Positions 32,473 to 43,200 of a stretch of DNA of 64,000 nucleotides are shown here, piece by piece. The notes below the pieces were generated by a model. That model worked only from the letters and a program-made list of their open reading frames with translations. It did no database searches and was not told the DNA's origin. Origin of the DNA: Pelagomonas calceolata (taxonomy: Eukaryota); the NCBI GenBank assembly GCA_918797485.1, contig CAKKNE010000003.1, forward strand, positions 2,852,001 through 2,916,000. The letters are read 5' to 3'. Numbering within the stretch: the stretch's first letter is position 1; the number at the start of each line of letters is the position of its first letter. The position numbers and the translations under genes are program-made.

Positions 32473-33513
32473 TTAATCAGACCACGCGACGAAGGACTCG
32501 ATGCACATGCACGTGTCTGCCAAGCTCATGTCACGGGGGAAGTCCTCCCCGTTCTGCGAGTCGTAGAACACGAAGCGTACGTCAACCTCCGTCTCCTCAG
32601 AAAGGTCTGTTTCGCCCGTCCAGTCGACGTTCCAGATGATGCGAAGTTCTGGGTCTGCGTACTCAAAAGCACTAGAGTAATGCATCTTCCACGCCAGCGC
32701 CTTATTTCTCGGGTCTCGTGCAATTGGCAACCAGTCAAATTCGATTACGGGTCTGTCATCATCGTCGTAGTTGTCCGTCATGACCCCACCCTCATATAAC
32801 AAGGCGAAGTGCAACCTATTCCCGACTTGACGGGAAGCCATGACTTTTGCCCGCACATCGTTAAGTTGGCTCCGATCCGTGACCGCTCCACCTGGTACCG
32901 AAAATATATACCTCCCTGTGTTGTCGCCATCGGCATCCAGCACACCGGTTCCGGCGTGGAGCTCACCCCCATTGTGAGTGAGCGAGAGCATCAGCTGATA
33001 CTCAGCGAGAGTACATTGTGGCTGCGGCGGCCAGTCACTTAAGTAATCCAGGTTTTGTTGGTGGGCGCACCGAAACACTCTGATGAGGTCGCGTGGCGGT
33101 TGCGCAGCAATCGGTGCACTTGGTGCGACCGTGCGCAACAGAGGATAGTAATCCAGCGCGAGCCCTTGTAAGAGCAGCTGCGGCAGGTTCGCGTGGGCGT
33201 CGCGGAACGCGCGGCAGGTCACGGCGCAGTTGAAGAGCGCTCGGAAGCCCACAAAGGAGATGATGGTCTGGAACACCTCGGGCGGGAGCCCGGCGATGCC
33301 GTCGCGCAAGACGGGCTCCGCATCCGCGGCCGCGTGCGCGTTCGCGTCGTGTCCGGCGGCGGCCGCGAACGACTGGAAGGCCCGAAGCGCGTCGGCCTGG
33401 AGCGCTAAGCGAGCTCCGGCGCGAGTTGCTGGGCTGGCATCCCGCAATGCCAAGGCTGCATCTCGTAGCAATGCGACGAGGGGTGCGATCGCGGTTGCAT
33501 CGCTCTGCGCCAT
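32473..33513 (-). CDS. F-box domain protein
   Basis: LPPEVFQTIISFVGFRALFNCAVTCRAFRD F-box motif. Confidence 0.7.
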   Translation of the reverse strand: MAQSDATAIAPLVALLRDAALALRDASPATRAGARLALQADALRAFQSFAAAAGHDANAHAAADAEPVLRDGIAGLPPEVFQTIISFVGFRALFNCAVTCRAFRDAHANLPQLLLQGLALDYYPLLRTVAPSAPIAAQPPRDLIRVFRCAHQQNLDYLSDWPPQPQCTLAEYQLMLSLTHNGGELHAGTGVLDADGDNTGRYIFSVPGGAVTDRSQLNDVRAKVMASRQVGNRLHFALLYEGGVMTDNYDDDDRPVIEFDWLPIARDPRNKALAWKMHYSSAFEYADPELRIIWNVDWTGETDLSEETEVDVRFVFYDSQNGEDFPRDMSLADTCMCIESFVAWSD

Positions 33514-34272
33514 GCTTTTTGGTCACGATCGAAGCAGGAGTCGGCTTAGTTCGATCTGTGTGGTGCGATTGCGCTGCTTTTGCTTGGCTCGAGCTGGGGC
33601 TAGTAGGTCTATGACGCTAGGTGAGTGGCAAAAATATCCTTGCCTCCACCGTCGCGCGCGGCGTCCCCTCACCCCAAAAACTATACGTGGGCCCTCTCAC
33701 AGCCCGCGCTGAGCCTCCCTGAAACTTACAGGCCGCGCGAGGTCGCCTCCAGACAAAACCAGACATTTTTCCACACAATTGATTCAGACGTGGGCTTTGC
33801 GCGCGGCGGGCGGAACGCCGCGCGTCGCCTGCCTCTGAATACCCCGACGTAACCCCGGCAACCCCGCAGGCACCAAACCGGCCCGCTGCGCCCTACCGGT
33901 CCCACGTGCGCCAAGTACCGACGATCCAGCAAGCCGCGCATCCTCCTCCAGGGCACTCCTAGAAATGAAGACGAGGTCAAGGCGAAGCCCCCCTCCTCTT
34001 ATGAGTGGAGCGGCCAGCCCAAAATTTCCTCCTTCTTCTCGGCGAAGAAGTAGGCGTGCAAGTAGGCGCCGGGCCGCGCTCGAGTGCTCGCCCTCCCCAG
34101 GCCTCCGCAAGGCGGACCCCGAAACCTAAATTAGCGTTTCTTCTTATCTTAATCGTACTACCCCCAATCACGCAGAGCCCTTCGAGGCCGACACGCATCC
34201 GATGCGGCCACCCGGCGCCGAAGAAGCCTCAGGGCGCACGGCCGCCCCGTCGACCGCAGTGGGAACTCCTCC

Positions 34273-34430
34273 AGTGAGCCGACGCCCGAGCCCACGACGT
34301 CGCCGACGCCCGAGCCCATGACGTCGCCGACGCCTGCGCCGACCTCCAGTGAGCCGACGCCTTCGCCGACCTCCAGTGAGCCGACGCCGGAGCCCACGAC
34401 GTCGCCGACGCCTGTGCCGACCTCCAGCGA
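34273..34430 (+). repeat. Tandem repeat encoding a Pro/Thr/Ser mucin-like tract (SEPTPEPTTSPTP...)
   Basis: Repeated units AGTGAGCCGACGCC and ACGTCGCCGACGCC. No convincing host gene. Confidence 0.75.
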
Positions 34431-35217
34431 CCGGCGTCTGCGTCGTTCTCGTGCGTCTTGCGCGCGGCGTCCAGAGGCTCCTGAGTCGCGTCGACCCGCA
34501 GCGCATGGACGGCCTCGAGGGACGGCCGGAGAGCAACTGCGCCGCTCGCGACGGCGTCGATCATGCTCTACATTACATGCGGTGCGTGCTCGCGCACCGG
34601 AAGCGTGCGAAGCATATCACGAAGTGCAGCGGCGACGCGGGGGCGGCGACGCCGCACCCGTCGCCCAGCCGCTCTCTCGCCGAACCACGGCGCGCACACG
34701 GTCGGAGAGGACTGGGCATGCTGTGCGCAGTGGCCTCGAAGCGCCTCTCGCGCCGCGCTCGCGCTGCTCGCGAAGACCGCTCGACGGCCAGCGCTCGCGC
34801 GTGCCGCCGCCACCGCACCAGCGCAGCCAGCGACGATGCCAAGCGCCACCGCTCGCTGGGGCTCGAACCGCGTACAAAGCGCACCGCACTATGCCTGGAG
34901 CACCCGGGCACAATGCCACGGCTCGCAGCCGTCATCGTTCACGTCGTTCACAGCGACGCATCGATGCGCCGCACGAATCCGCCCAGGAGAGCAGGTGTTG
35001 CAGCAGCATGGCAGCAGACTGCTGCCGGGCGAGAGCCGCAGGCACGGGACGGCTCGACCTGAAGGTCCAAAATGGCACCGTTCCAGAACTCCAAATTCGG
35101 TGGGGTGTTGTTATCTGGGGATCTCAGTTCAGTCCGTCACAGTCCCTCGAGGCTGAGCTACTGGCTAGACATACTAGATTACAGCCAGGAGTAACCCGTT
35201 ATACGAATATCGGCCTT

Positions 35218-35280
35218 GGTAATTACCAGTAATTACAGGGTAATTACAGGTAATTACCAGGTAATTACCGGGTAATTACC
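35218..35280. repeat. Six tandem GTAATTAC palindromes at 10-11 bp period
   Basis: Copies start at 35219, 35229, 35240, 35250, 35261 and 35272. Confidence 0.9.
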
Positions 35281-36042
35281 TTACCGGAACTTAACCTGGT
35301 AACTCGCCGCTCTACTATATGCAGGGCAACACCCACTCCCAGTTTGGGCTTGGCATGGTCGTCCAGCCAAAAATCGCATCCGAGGCGTATCTCGGGATCC
35401 CCTCGCCGTCGCACAATCACCGGTAGCAGTGACGTGACCCGTCTAGGCCTCGCCTCAATCGTCGACACGCGCTTCGGCGACCCCAACGAGCCGCTCCCGT
35501 AGCGCGGCCGCCAGTGGGCGGGCCTCGACGAGAGTGACGACGACGAAGACGATGACGACGACTGAGCCGCTCCTGGAAATCACGCTTTCTACACACCACT
35601 TACATACATGTGCTCATGGCTTGCCAAAGCTCTCGACGATGTCAAGTCATCGCGGCGGCGGCGGCGACGGACGCGCTTTCAACTTGTATCGGCTCGAATT
35701 CCCTGTGCTGTGGCTCGACGATGTCAAGGCATCTCGGTGACACGTACTGCTCCTTCAATCCACACCCACAATCTCCACTCATCTTGGGACGAAGTGTGCA
35801 CTTCCTCGGGGGTCTTCCTTTACTCAATGAATGAATCTAAGCTGCTGACCAAGGCGGTCTCGGCGCTTGTCTTTCGCAGGTTTACGACAGCGGCGGCGGC
35901 GGCGACGTCCTCCTAGCATCGTACAACGACGCCGCCGAAGAGTAGGAGCGGCGACGACCGGACGGCGCCGGCGGCGACGGCGAAAACAACGAATAAATAA
36001 TAGCCTTCTTACAATATACAAGTGGGGGGGGAATATGATGAT

Positions 36043-37164
36043 CTACCGCGAGTAGGCGACGCTCCGGTCGCGCTTTACCAACTTGCGCGGCTCGACGTCC
36101 GTCGCGAAGAGCTCCTCGTTCTCGCGCGCGACCTTCGCCATCGTCGCGTTGAGGTCGGCCGCGCCGATGTGGATCTTCCAGGACTCGTGGACCTGTGTGG
36201 AAATCAAATTTCGAGCGCCCCACGCCACCGACGCGACGTGCTTTCCGGTAGCTGCGTCTGCGCGATGGCGTGGCGATTCCACGCCATCGAGGCGACGTTG
36301 TCTCTGTGGCCGCGTCGGCTCGATGGCGTGGAGGTTCATAACCTAACTCACTGGTTGATTTCCACACAGACGTGGACGTTCTTCTTGCGCAGGAGGTTGT
36401 GGACGGCGAGGCCCCGCGCGGCGGCCTCGAGCTCGTAGGCCGAGGGCGCGCGCGGGTTCGGCAGGCGCATGCCGACGGCCTTGAGTTGGGACGGTAATAA
36501 GGACGCCTTCTTCGCGTTGCAGGCCGTGCAGGCACACACGGTGTTCTCCCACGTCGACGAGCCGCCGTAGGCGCGCGGCACGACGTGGTCGCACGTGAGC
36601 AGCGACGGCGGGAAGGAGTCCTTGCAGTACTGGCAGCGGTAGCCGTCGCGCAGCATCATCAATCTTTTACTAAACTTGGGCGCCTTCTCGGCGCCGCGCT
36701 TCTCGTAGTTGCGGAGGACCACCACTGAAGGTATGGCGAACGAGGCCGACGCCGACCGCACGCGCACGTCGTAGGAGCTCACGACGTGGACGCGCTCCTG
36801 CCAGGCGGCCTTGACGGCGTCCTGCCACGACCAGACGCTGAGCCTGCGGCGCGTCGACGGCGTGATTAGTGCGCGTATATAAGTTTCTGACGCGGGGGCC
36901 GCGCGGGAGGTACGACAGGGGCTGCCAGTCCGCGTTCAGCACGAGGCAGGTGTGGCCCTGGAGCTGCGACAGGCGCCGCGCGTGGCCGTCGACCTTCTCC
37001 GGCGGCGTCGAAGGCATGCGCTGGGCCTGCTGCTGCTTTCGCGCGGCCCGGCGGCGCGCGAGGCCGCGCGCGAGGGGCTTCTGAGTCCCGAACGTCGTCC
37101 GTGGGATCAGGCCTCGCGCGGCGCCGACGAGGAGGCCCGTGATCGCCATCTGTTTCACTTTCAT
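36043..37164 (-). CDS. HNH endonuclease (McrA/HNH_5-like) with organelle-type presequence; introns 36844-36904 (GC-AG) and 36193-36377
   Basis: The spliced product reads CLVLNADWQPLSYLPLSVWSWQDAVK..PSVVVLR..RDGYRCQYC..LTCDHVVPRAYGGSSTWENTVCACTACNAKK..VHESW. Confidence 0.9.
36193..36369. mobile_element. Introner-like TIR element (copy 3)
   Basis: Perfect 15-bp TIR CTGTGTGGAAATCAA/TTGATTTCCACACAG. TSD TCGTGGAC/ACGTGGAC (7/8 match). Forms intron 36193-36377 (-). Confidence 0.9.
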
Positions 37165-37567
37165 GGCGTCGCGAACAAAAATCTGAGGCTGTGAGAGTGG
37201 ACAAGTTCGCAGGCGAATCGAGCGGCCTTACGCTTCGTGGCTGCGTAGGCGCGAACTATGCGAGAGGACCGCCTGTTCGCAGTCCCCCGGCCGTTATTAT
37301 GGCTGTCGCGAGCGGCAAAATTCGAGATTTGGCCCGCGCTGGATGCGATGACCTGGCCCTAACGTTCGGCCCTTTCTGGACGTTTGACGACTCTCCATGA
37401 CGCGTATTGAGGCCTCGACATCGGGGAAAGAGGCTTAGAATTCAAATTCTGTTTCGACGCGGGTTTTCTCAGGCCTAATAAGCTGCGCCGCAGCGTACAC
37501 AGCATCGCACGCACGCTGCGCACCTGTTTCGCAGCCTCCGTAGCCCACCGCACCACACTGCAACAAG

Positions 37568-38383
37568 ATGTCCAGCTTCTCCACGGTCCTCACAAGGCTG
37601 GGCCTCGATGAACACAGCCCATTGCTCGCCTCAGGAATAGCGCAGGACTTGGTTGATGGGAAGCGCACCATCGCTATTCATGACTACGCGCTGCCGGATT
37701 GGTGTAAGGACGTCGATATCGCCGTCGTCGTGAAGAATGACGACGACGCGGGTCTGATCGTGGGCGTCGTGCGCTTCGGCGAGGACATCGACTACGCCAG
37801 CGACGACGCTTCGTTCACGCGGGACGCGGCCTTGCACGGCACTACTGAAAATCTAGGACGGGGCTGGGTCGTCCGTGCTGCGCGGCGGTGCGAGCACTGT
37901 AACACAAAACTCAAACCAAAATACAGGGACTTTTTTGAGGCCGTCGCGGACACGGAGGGCCCTTCATTCGTCATTCTGCACCCGATCTACGGGAAGATCG
38001 CGTCCGTGGCCATCGATCACATTATCAAACGATTGCCCTCATTGCCAGTCCCGTCCGGCTCTAAGCAAGGTTACCTCGGCGCGTCGGTGCCCGCCGTGCT
38101 CGCGGCGTGCCCGCTGAACGTCGTCAAGGCGTCGGCAGTCTGCGCCGAGGGCGTTTTTAAAGCTGCGGACGGCGTCGCGACGGCGCCGATATCGCGGGCC
38201 GACCTGATGAAAGGGTTCCTCGTGCACAGCGACGAGGACGGGAAGCCGATCGCGAAGGGCGGGCCCCTGCGCTTAGCCTTCCCGGACGGCGTCGCGGTGC
38301 AGAGCGCGATCTGCGGCACGGCGAAGCCGCCGGACCTAAAAGACTGCGTCAGCCTCGAGCTGCGCGACGAGGTCCAGAGCTAA
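37568..38383 (+). CDS. Two-domain protein: ASCH/PUA-like N-terminus plus molybdopterin-oxidoreductase-like C-terminus
   Basis: LVDGKRTIAIHDYALP..IVGVVRFG..GWVV, followed by DGKPIAKGGPLRLAFP..LKDCVSLEL. Confidence 0.55.
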   Translation: MSSFSTVLTRLGLDEHSPLLASGIAQDLVDGKRTIAIHDYALPDWCKDVDIAVVVKNDDDAGLIVGVVRFGEDIDYASDDASFTRDAALHGTTENLGRGWVVRAARRCEHCNTKLKPKYRDFFEAVADTEGPSFVILHPIYGKIASVAIDHIIKRLPSLPVPSGSKQGYLGASVPAVLAACPLNVVKASAVCAEGVFKAADGVATAPISRADLMKGFLVHSDEDGKPIAKGGPLRLAFPDGVAVQSAICGTAKPPDLKDCVSLELRDEVQS

Positions 38384-38666
38384 TTGTTTGTTTTTTATGA
38401 TGTCGCGTCGACGGGGCGTCTAGGGGCCCGCGTTTGTAAAACGCGGTACGCGCGTCGAGGGCCGAAAACTTCGAGTGAAAAACCGGAGGCCTCACCAGCG
38501 GCTCGGGGCGCCCCCCGGCGCCTGAAGGGAAGCCTGGAGCTCTCCCTTAAGGTTGAGGAACTTTCGAGACACCCGCACGCAGCGAGATTGCAGGCTCTTG
38601 GAAGAGGCTGCCCTCGCGTGCCCAGCCATCGAAGTTTTCGCTGCCCGGCGCGTGGGAGGCTGCGGT

Positions 38667-39788
38667 ATGGCGGACGGCTTAGGCGTCGCCCTGTACCAGC
38701 TCCTCGCGAGCTCCCGCGGGTCGCGCGTCGTGGTGGCGTCTGTAAAAGATTACGAAGTGTGTTTTGATTGCAGAAAGGACCTTGCATGCCACCGCGACTG
38801 ATACGAGAAGTCGGGGCCGCGGGAGGGCTCGCGCGTCCGCGTGAGCTGGCGCGACGTCCCAGGAGATGATGACGACGACGTCGCCCCCGGTCTTCATGAC
38901 GCGACCGAATCAGACGATGATGCGGTTGCCGACCCGACCGGGGCGCGTCTCGCCGTGACCCTCGAAAACCTTGATGCTGCGTGCGAGATGCTTCGAGCTC
39001 AACCGCCGACCGAGCTGGAGATCGACTTCGAAGGGTACATTTGTCTTGATGAGTACAACCGCAAGTACGCGGAGAAACTCGAGCGTCCACGCGCCGAGGC
39101 GGCGGGGGCAGCGTCCGAGGCGTGGGTCCTGGGCGACTCGCTGGCCCGGCTGCGCGACGCGATGCTGCCGCGGCTGACCCGGGTTTCCTTGGCGGGGGCG
39201 GACCGACTGCCCGTCGCCATGCTCCGCGTCGCCTTTCCCCTCGATGGAGACGGCCTCGCCGCCCCGGCTCCCTACGACGACGGCAGCGGCTCGTTGCTGT
39301 CCATCGACTTCGCGCCCGGGTCCCCTGCCCGCGACGGCATCGAATCGTACGACTACTGCGATTATCCCCCTTCCATGTATGGCGGAGCAGGCGAAGATTT
39401 TGTTCGCGGCTCCGTGTGGGCCGCGGACCACAGCGCCCGGGGGGAATCAACCGTCCGCGAAAGGTTTCTCCGCCTCTGGAATTTCTTCCCCGCGGCCGCG
39501 CGCGTCCGCATGGACCTCCGCCGGTGGAACGCGTATCGGGGCCGCGACGCCGACCTCCACGACTTCGCGAAGCTGTTCCTGTGCGACCTCGACGGACGTG
39601 CCGTCGAGGTCGCCGGGGTGTGGGCGCACGACGGCTGGTACAAGAGTGTCCTTGTCCTGCACGACGGTTGGGCGAGCGTCGGACCGGAGGGCAATATGCA
39701 ATACCCACTCTTGGAACCACACGGCACGAAGGGACTCGAGGCCAAACGCGAGCAGGTGCATATATGGGGCCCCACATGGGGCCGATGA
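38667..39788 (+). CDS. Hypothetical protein with in-frame TGA at 38799-38801 (pseudogene or recoded)
   Basis: ORFs 38553-38801 and 38841-39788 are in the same frame, separated only by TGA: CFDCRKDLACHRD*YEKSG. Confidence 0.5.
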
Positions 39789-39974
39789 CCGCGGAGATAC
39801 TAGAAGATACCACTGGGGAATCCCGGATTAATAACTGCCTCCCACGGTCCTAGTTGTCCATAACACACTACGAATCGTATTAATGTACGCCGTGCCCCTA
39901 AAACGCAGCCCCCGCGGCGGGCCGCGGCTAGGCGGCCTAGCTCTTAAGCAAGCAACCTCAAAATATTTCAAATT

Positions 39975-39997
39975 GCTAGTATCTTACAAGCCGCTAG
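39975..39997 (+). promoter_or_regulatory. CTAG-box element upstream of the J/U-box gene
   Basis: GCTAGTATCTTACAAGCCGCTAG. Confidence 0.7.
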
Positions 39998-40228
39998 GTA
40001 TTATAGGGAGGCCCGAGGGTGACCTGCGAGCTCCTGCGCGCGTGCGGCGCGGGCGCAGCTCTGGACTCGCTTGCGTCTGCAGCCAGCGCAGCGCTGCGCT
40101 TGACCTACAGCACACGCGCCACAGCTGCGGCATAAAAAGCTTTTGGCGCTAAATACCCCAGCGCTGCGGATAACCCAGCGCTGCGCATACGGACCGCGTA
40201 GAACAGATAAGGACCGCGTAGCAACGAC

Positions 40229-43200
40229 ATGGATCTCGACGACATCCAGGACGGCGAGGTCTACGCCGTGGAGGAGAGCAAGCACGACGACGGCACGACG
40301 GCGCGCCTCTCCGTCGAGGCCGACGGCGCGATCGTCGCGCACCTCCGCGTGCCCGAGGGTTGTGTACAAGGCGACCCGATCCCGATCGTCATCGACACAA
40401 CACAATTAGGCGACCCGCATGGCGGCGTCAAACATGTGGGAGACTACCCCTGCCCCGACGACGTGAAGCCGGGCGAGGTCCTGCCGATCCTGATCAAGGA
40501 GGGCGACGGTCGAGGGATGCCGCCGCCGCCGCCGGAGGGATTCGAGCCGGAGAAGGACGTCGTGTTCGTGACCGTGCCCGCGGGCTGTAGAGAAGGAGAC
40601 GACATTCCCATTTTGGAGAACGGCGTCGAGACGGGATTAGTTGTTAAATGTCCACCGGGCAAGAAGCCTGGGGACGTCGTCGGCGTCAAGGTCACGGAGG
40701 AGGATCGAAAGCGCATGAAGGAGGGCGCCCAGCAGAACGGGAAGCGCCTTGATGAATTACAGGAGATCTGCCACGCGTTGCCGGTCTGTCTGGACTTTGG
40801 AGGGAAAGACGTTGCTGATTTGCTCGCGGAAGAGGCCTACTACCGGGAACAGGCGGAACGGACCGCCTCGATCGCCAACGCCGCGAAACATCAACGGGAG
40901 CGCTTCGAGGCGGCGCTCGCGGCCGCGCGGAAGGGCGTCAAGGAAGATAAAGAAGACAAAAAGAAGAAGGAAAAGCGCCTCAAGCAGGCCAAAGAGCGCC
41001 AAGACACGCGTCGGAAATTGGAGGCGAAATTAGCCAAGGCTAGGAGGGATGGTGATGCCCGAGAGGTCGAGAAGTACGCTCGGCTCGTCGAGGCTTGCAA
41101 GGAGAAAGTGATCGAGGAGAAGGTCTCTGCCGATCTGATCCGGCGGAGCGACTGGGAGGACGAGGCCAATCAAAGAACAGCCGTGGAGAAGCGGCTCGAG
41201 AAGTACCGCAAGGCCGTCGAGACCGCCGTCGAGAAGAGCGAAAAGGAGAAGGACCAGGCCAAGGCCCAGAAGTGCGAGGCCTGGCTCGCGAAGCACGATG
41301 AAGATTCGAAGAGTTATGTGTTCAAGGAAGATGAAGTGGTGCAAGCGAGGTATCGAGGCCGGGAAGCTTATGTCGAGGCTCGGGTTGTCAAAGTGCGCAA
41401 AGATAACAAGGGTACGTATACGTATGATTTAGAATTTGCCGACGTGGATGATGAGGATGCGAAAACGTTAGATGTCGACCAGGCCGAGAAACTCGCGACG
41501 CGGGCCAAGCAGGATCACGACGCAAAATATTTAGTAGCCCACAAGACCTCGGAAAAGGCTAAAAGAGCCGCTGATGATATTACGAAGCTCGTGAACAAAC
41601 TCTACAGAAGGAGAGCTCTACAACTGCACCCCGATCGGTGCGGCGGCGGCGAGGAGGCTCGTCTACGGTTCGAAAAGTTTCAGATATCGTCGGCCGTGCT
41701 CAAGGACCAAGAAAAAAGGTTGTTGTACGTCGGCGAGATGACGAGAGCGAGGGATACGGCTCTACGCGAGGATATCGACCAGGATCTGGAAGAGTCTGAA
41801 CGATACGGGAAGTGGCACGACGCTTGGTTGGCCAAGCACAAGGCGTCGCTCGGCTTGGAGGGCGACGCCGAGAAGGTCGCCCAGAAGCCTTTGCGGTTGG
41901 AGGCCGAGGAGGCGCTGCGGACGCCGGCGAAGGTGCAAATCGTGTCCAAGGTGCCCGGCAAGGATTGCCTGACAGTGACTGGCGAGGTCTCCGCATTATC
42001 AGTCTTAGCGGAGCAGTTCGTGGCGGCCGAGTGTCGGGTCGAGCAGAGTTGGGGCTACGGCGGTTTCGACAAGGCGCCTATGACGCAATCCATAAAATTG
42101 GAGCCTTCTCATGGAAGACATGTGGCGCAAGTGACGTTCAACAGTCTAACGTTCGGCGGCTGGGAGCTGAAGTGGCGCGTCGCGGTGGACAAGAACGGCC
42201 ACCAGTCCTGGTCGCCCTGGAGTGCGGGGAGTGCCGTCGACGTCATCGACCCTAGAGCTGATGAGAAGGACGCGAAGAGAAAAAAGGCCTCCGAGAAGTG
42301 CGCTTATGAAGCCTCTTCCTTAGAATCCCTACTCAAAGAGGCCCAGGGGTGGTCGACTTTACAGCAAGAGGCCCTGAAGCCGAACGTCGATTCGCTGGAG
42401 CGGGCCATTTCGCGGTGCGCGCAATTGTGTCGCGTGGCTTCTAGAGAGGCTTCCGTGCCGGCTAAACGCGTCGTGGCGAAGGCCATGGAGCTCCACAGCT
42501 CGTTAGAAGCTCGATTGATGAGAAGGGAGCAGCGGAGCGAACGGCGGCAGTTCGCGCACCTCGTGAGGCGCCGAGTCTGGAGCGGGGCCTTCGGCGCCTG
42601 GATTTCTACGGTCACCAAGGATGATTTAACAAGAGAAAACGGCGACGTCAATCGCTTGTTCCAGTCGCTGATCGGGACGGAGAAGAAGTCGCTAGTCGCT
42701 GCGAATTGGGCGTCGGACGACGTGCTCGACGCCGCTGCTACTAGGTCTGATCTATTCTCGAAGAAGAACGTCGAGGCGCTGAAGAAGTGCGCCCAGCAAC
42801 TCAGAGACAAGAGGAGAAGTGAAGAAGATAAAGAGCGCCAGCGTGAAATAGCGAAGGCCCGCGCGGCCAAGATGAAACAGCGCGCGGCGCCACAACAAGA
42901 CGACGACGACGACTTCGACGATGCGGCCTGGGACCAGTTCATGGCCGCGACGGCGCCGGAGCCGGCGCCGGCCGCCCTGCCGGCGGCCCCGCAATTCGTC
43001 TCTCAAGATTCTTCAGTATCAATCAAGGACCTCGAGTGCCCCATCACCTACGAGTTTTTTAAGGATCCGGTGACGCTCGAGGGCGACGGCATTGTGTATG
43101 AGCGCAGCGCCATCGAGCAGTGGCTGCGGGGGGGCCACATGACGTCACCCATCACGAACGTCACCTTAGGCGCGGGCCAGACGCGCCTCATCCCGAACGA

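Noticed and set aside
39785..39830. Possible SECIS (ATGAC...GGAT) after the 38667 gene
   Set aside because: It overlaps the stop codon and helix II does not pair.
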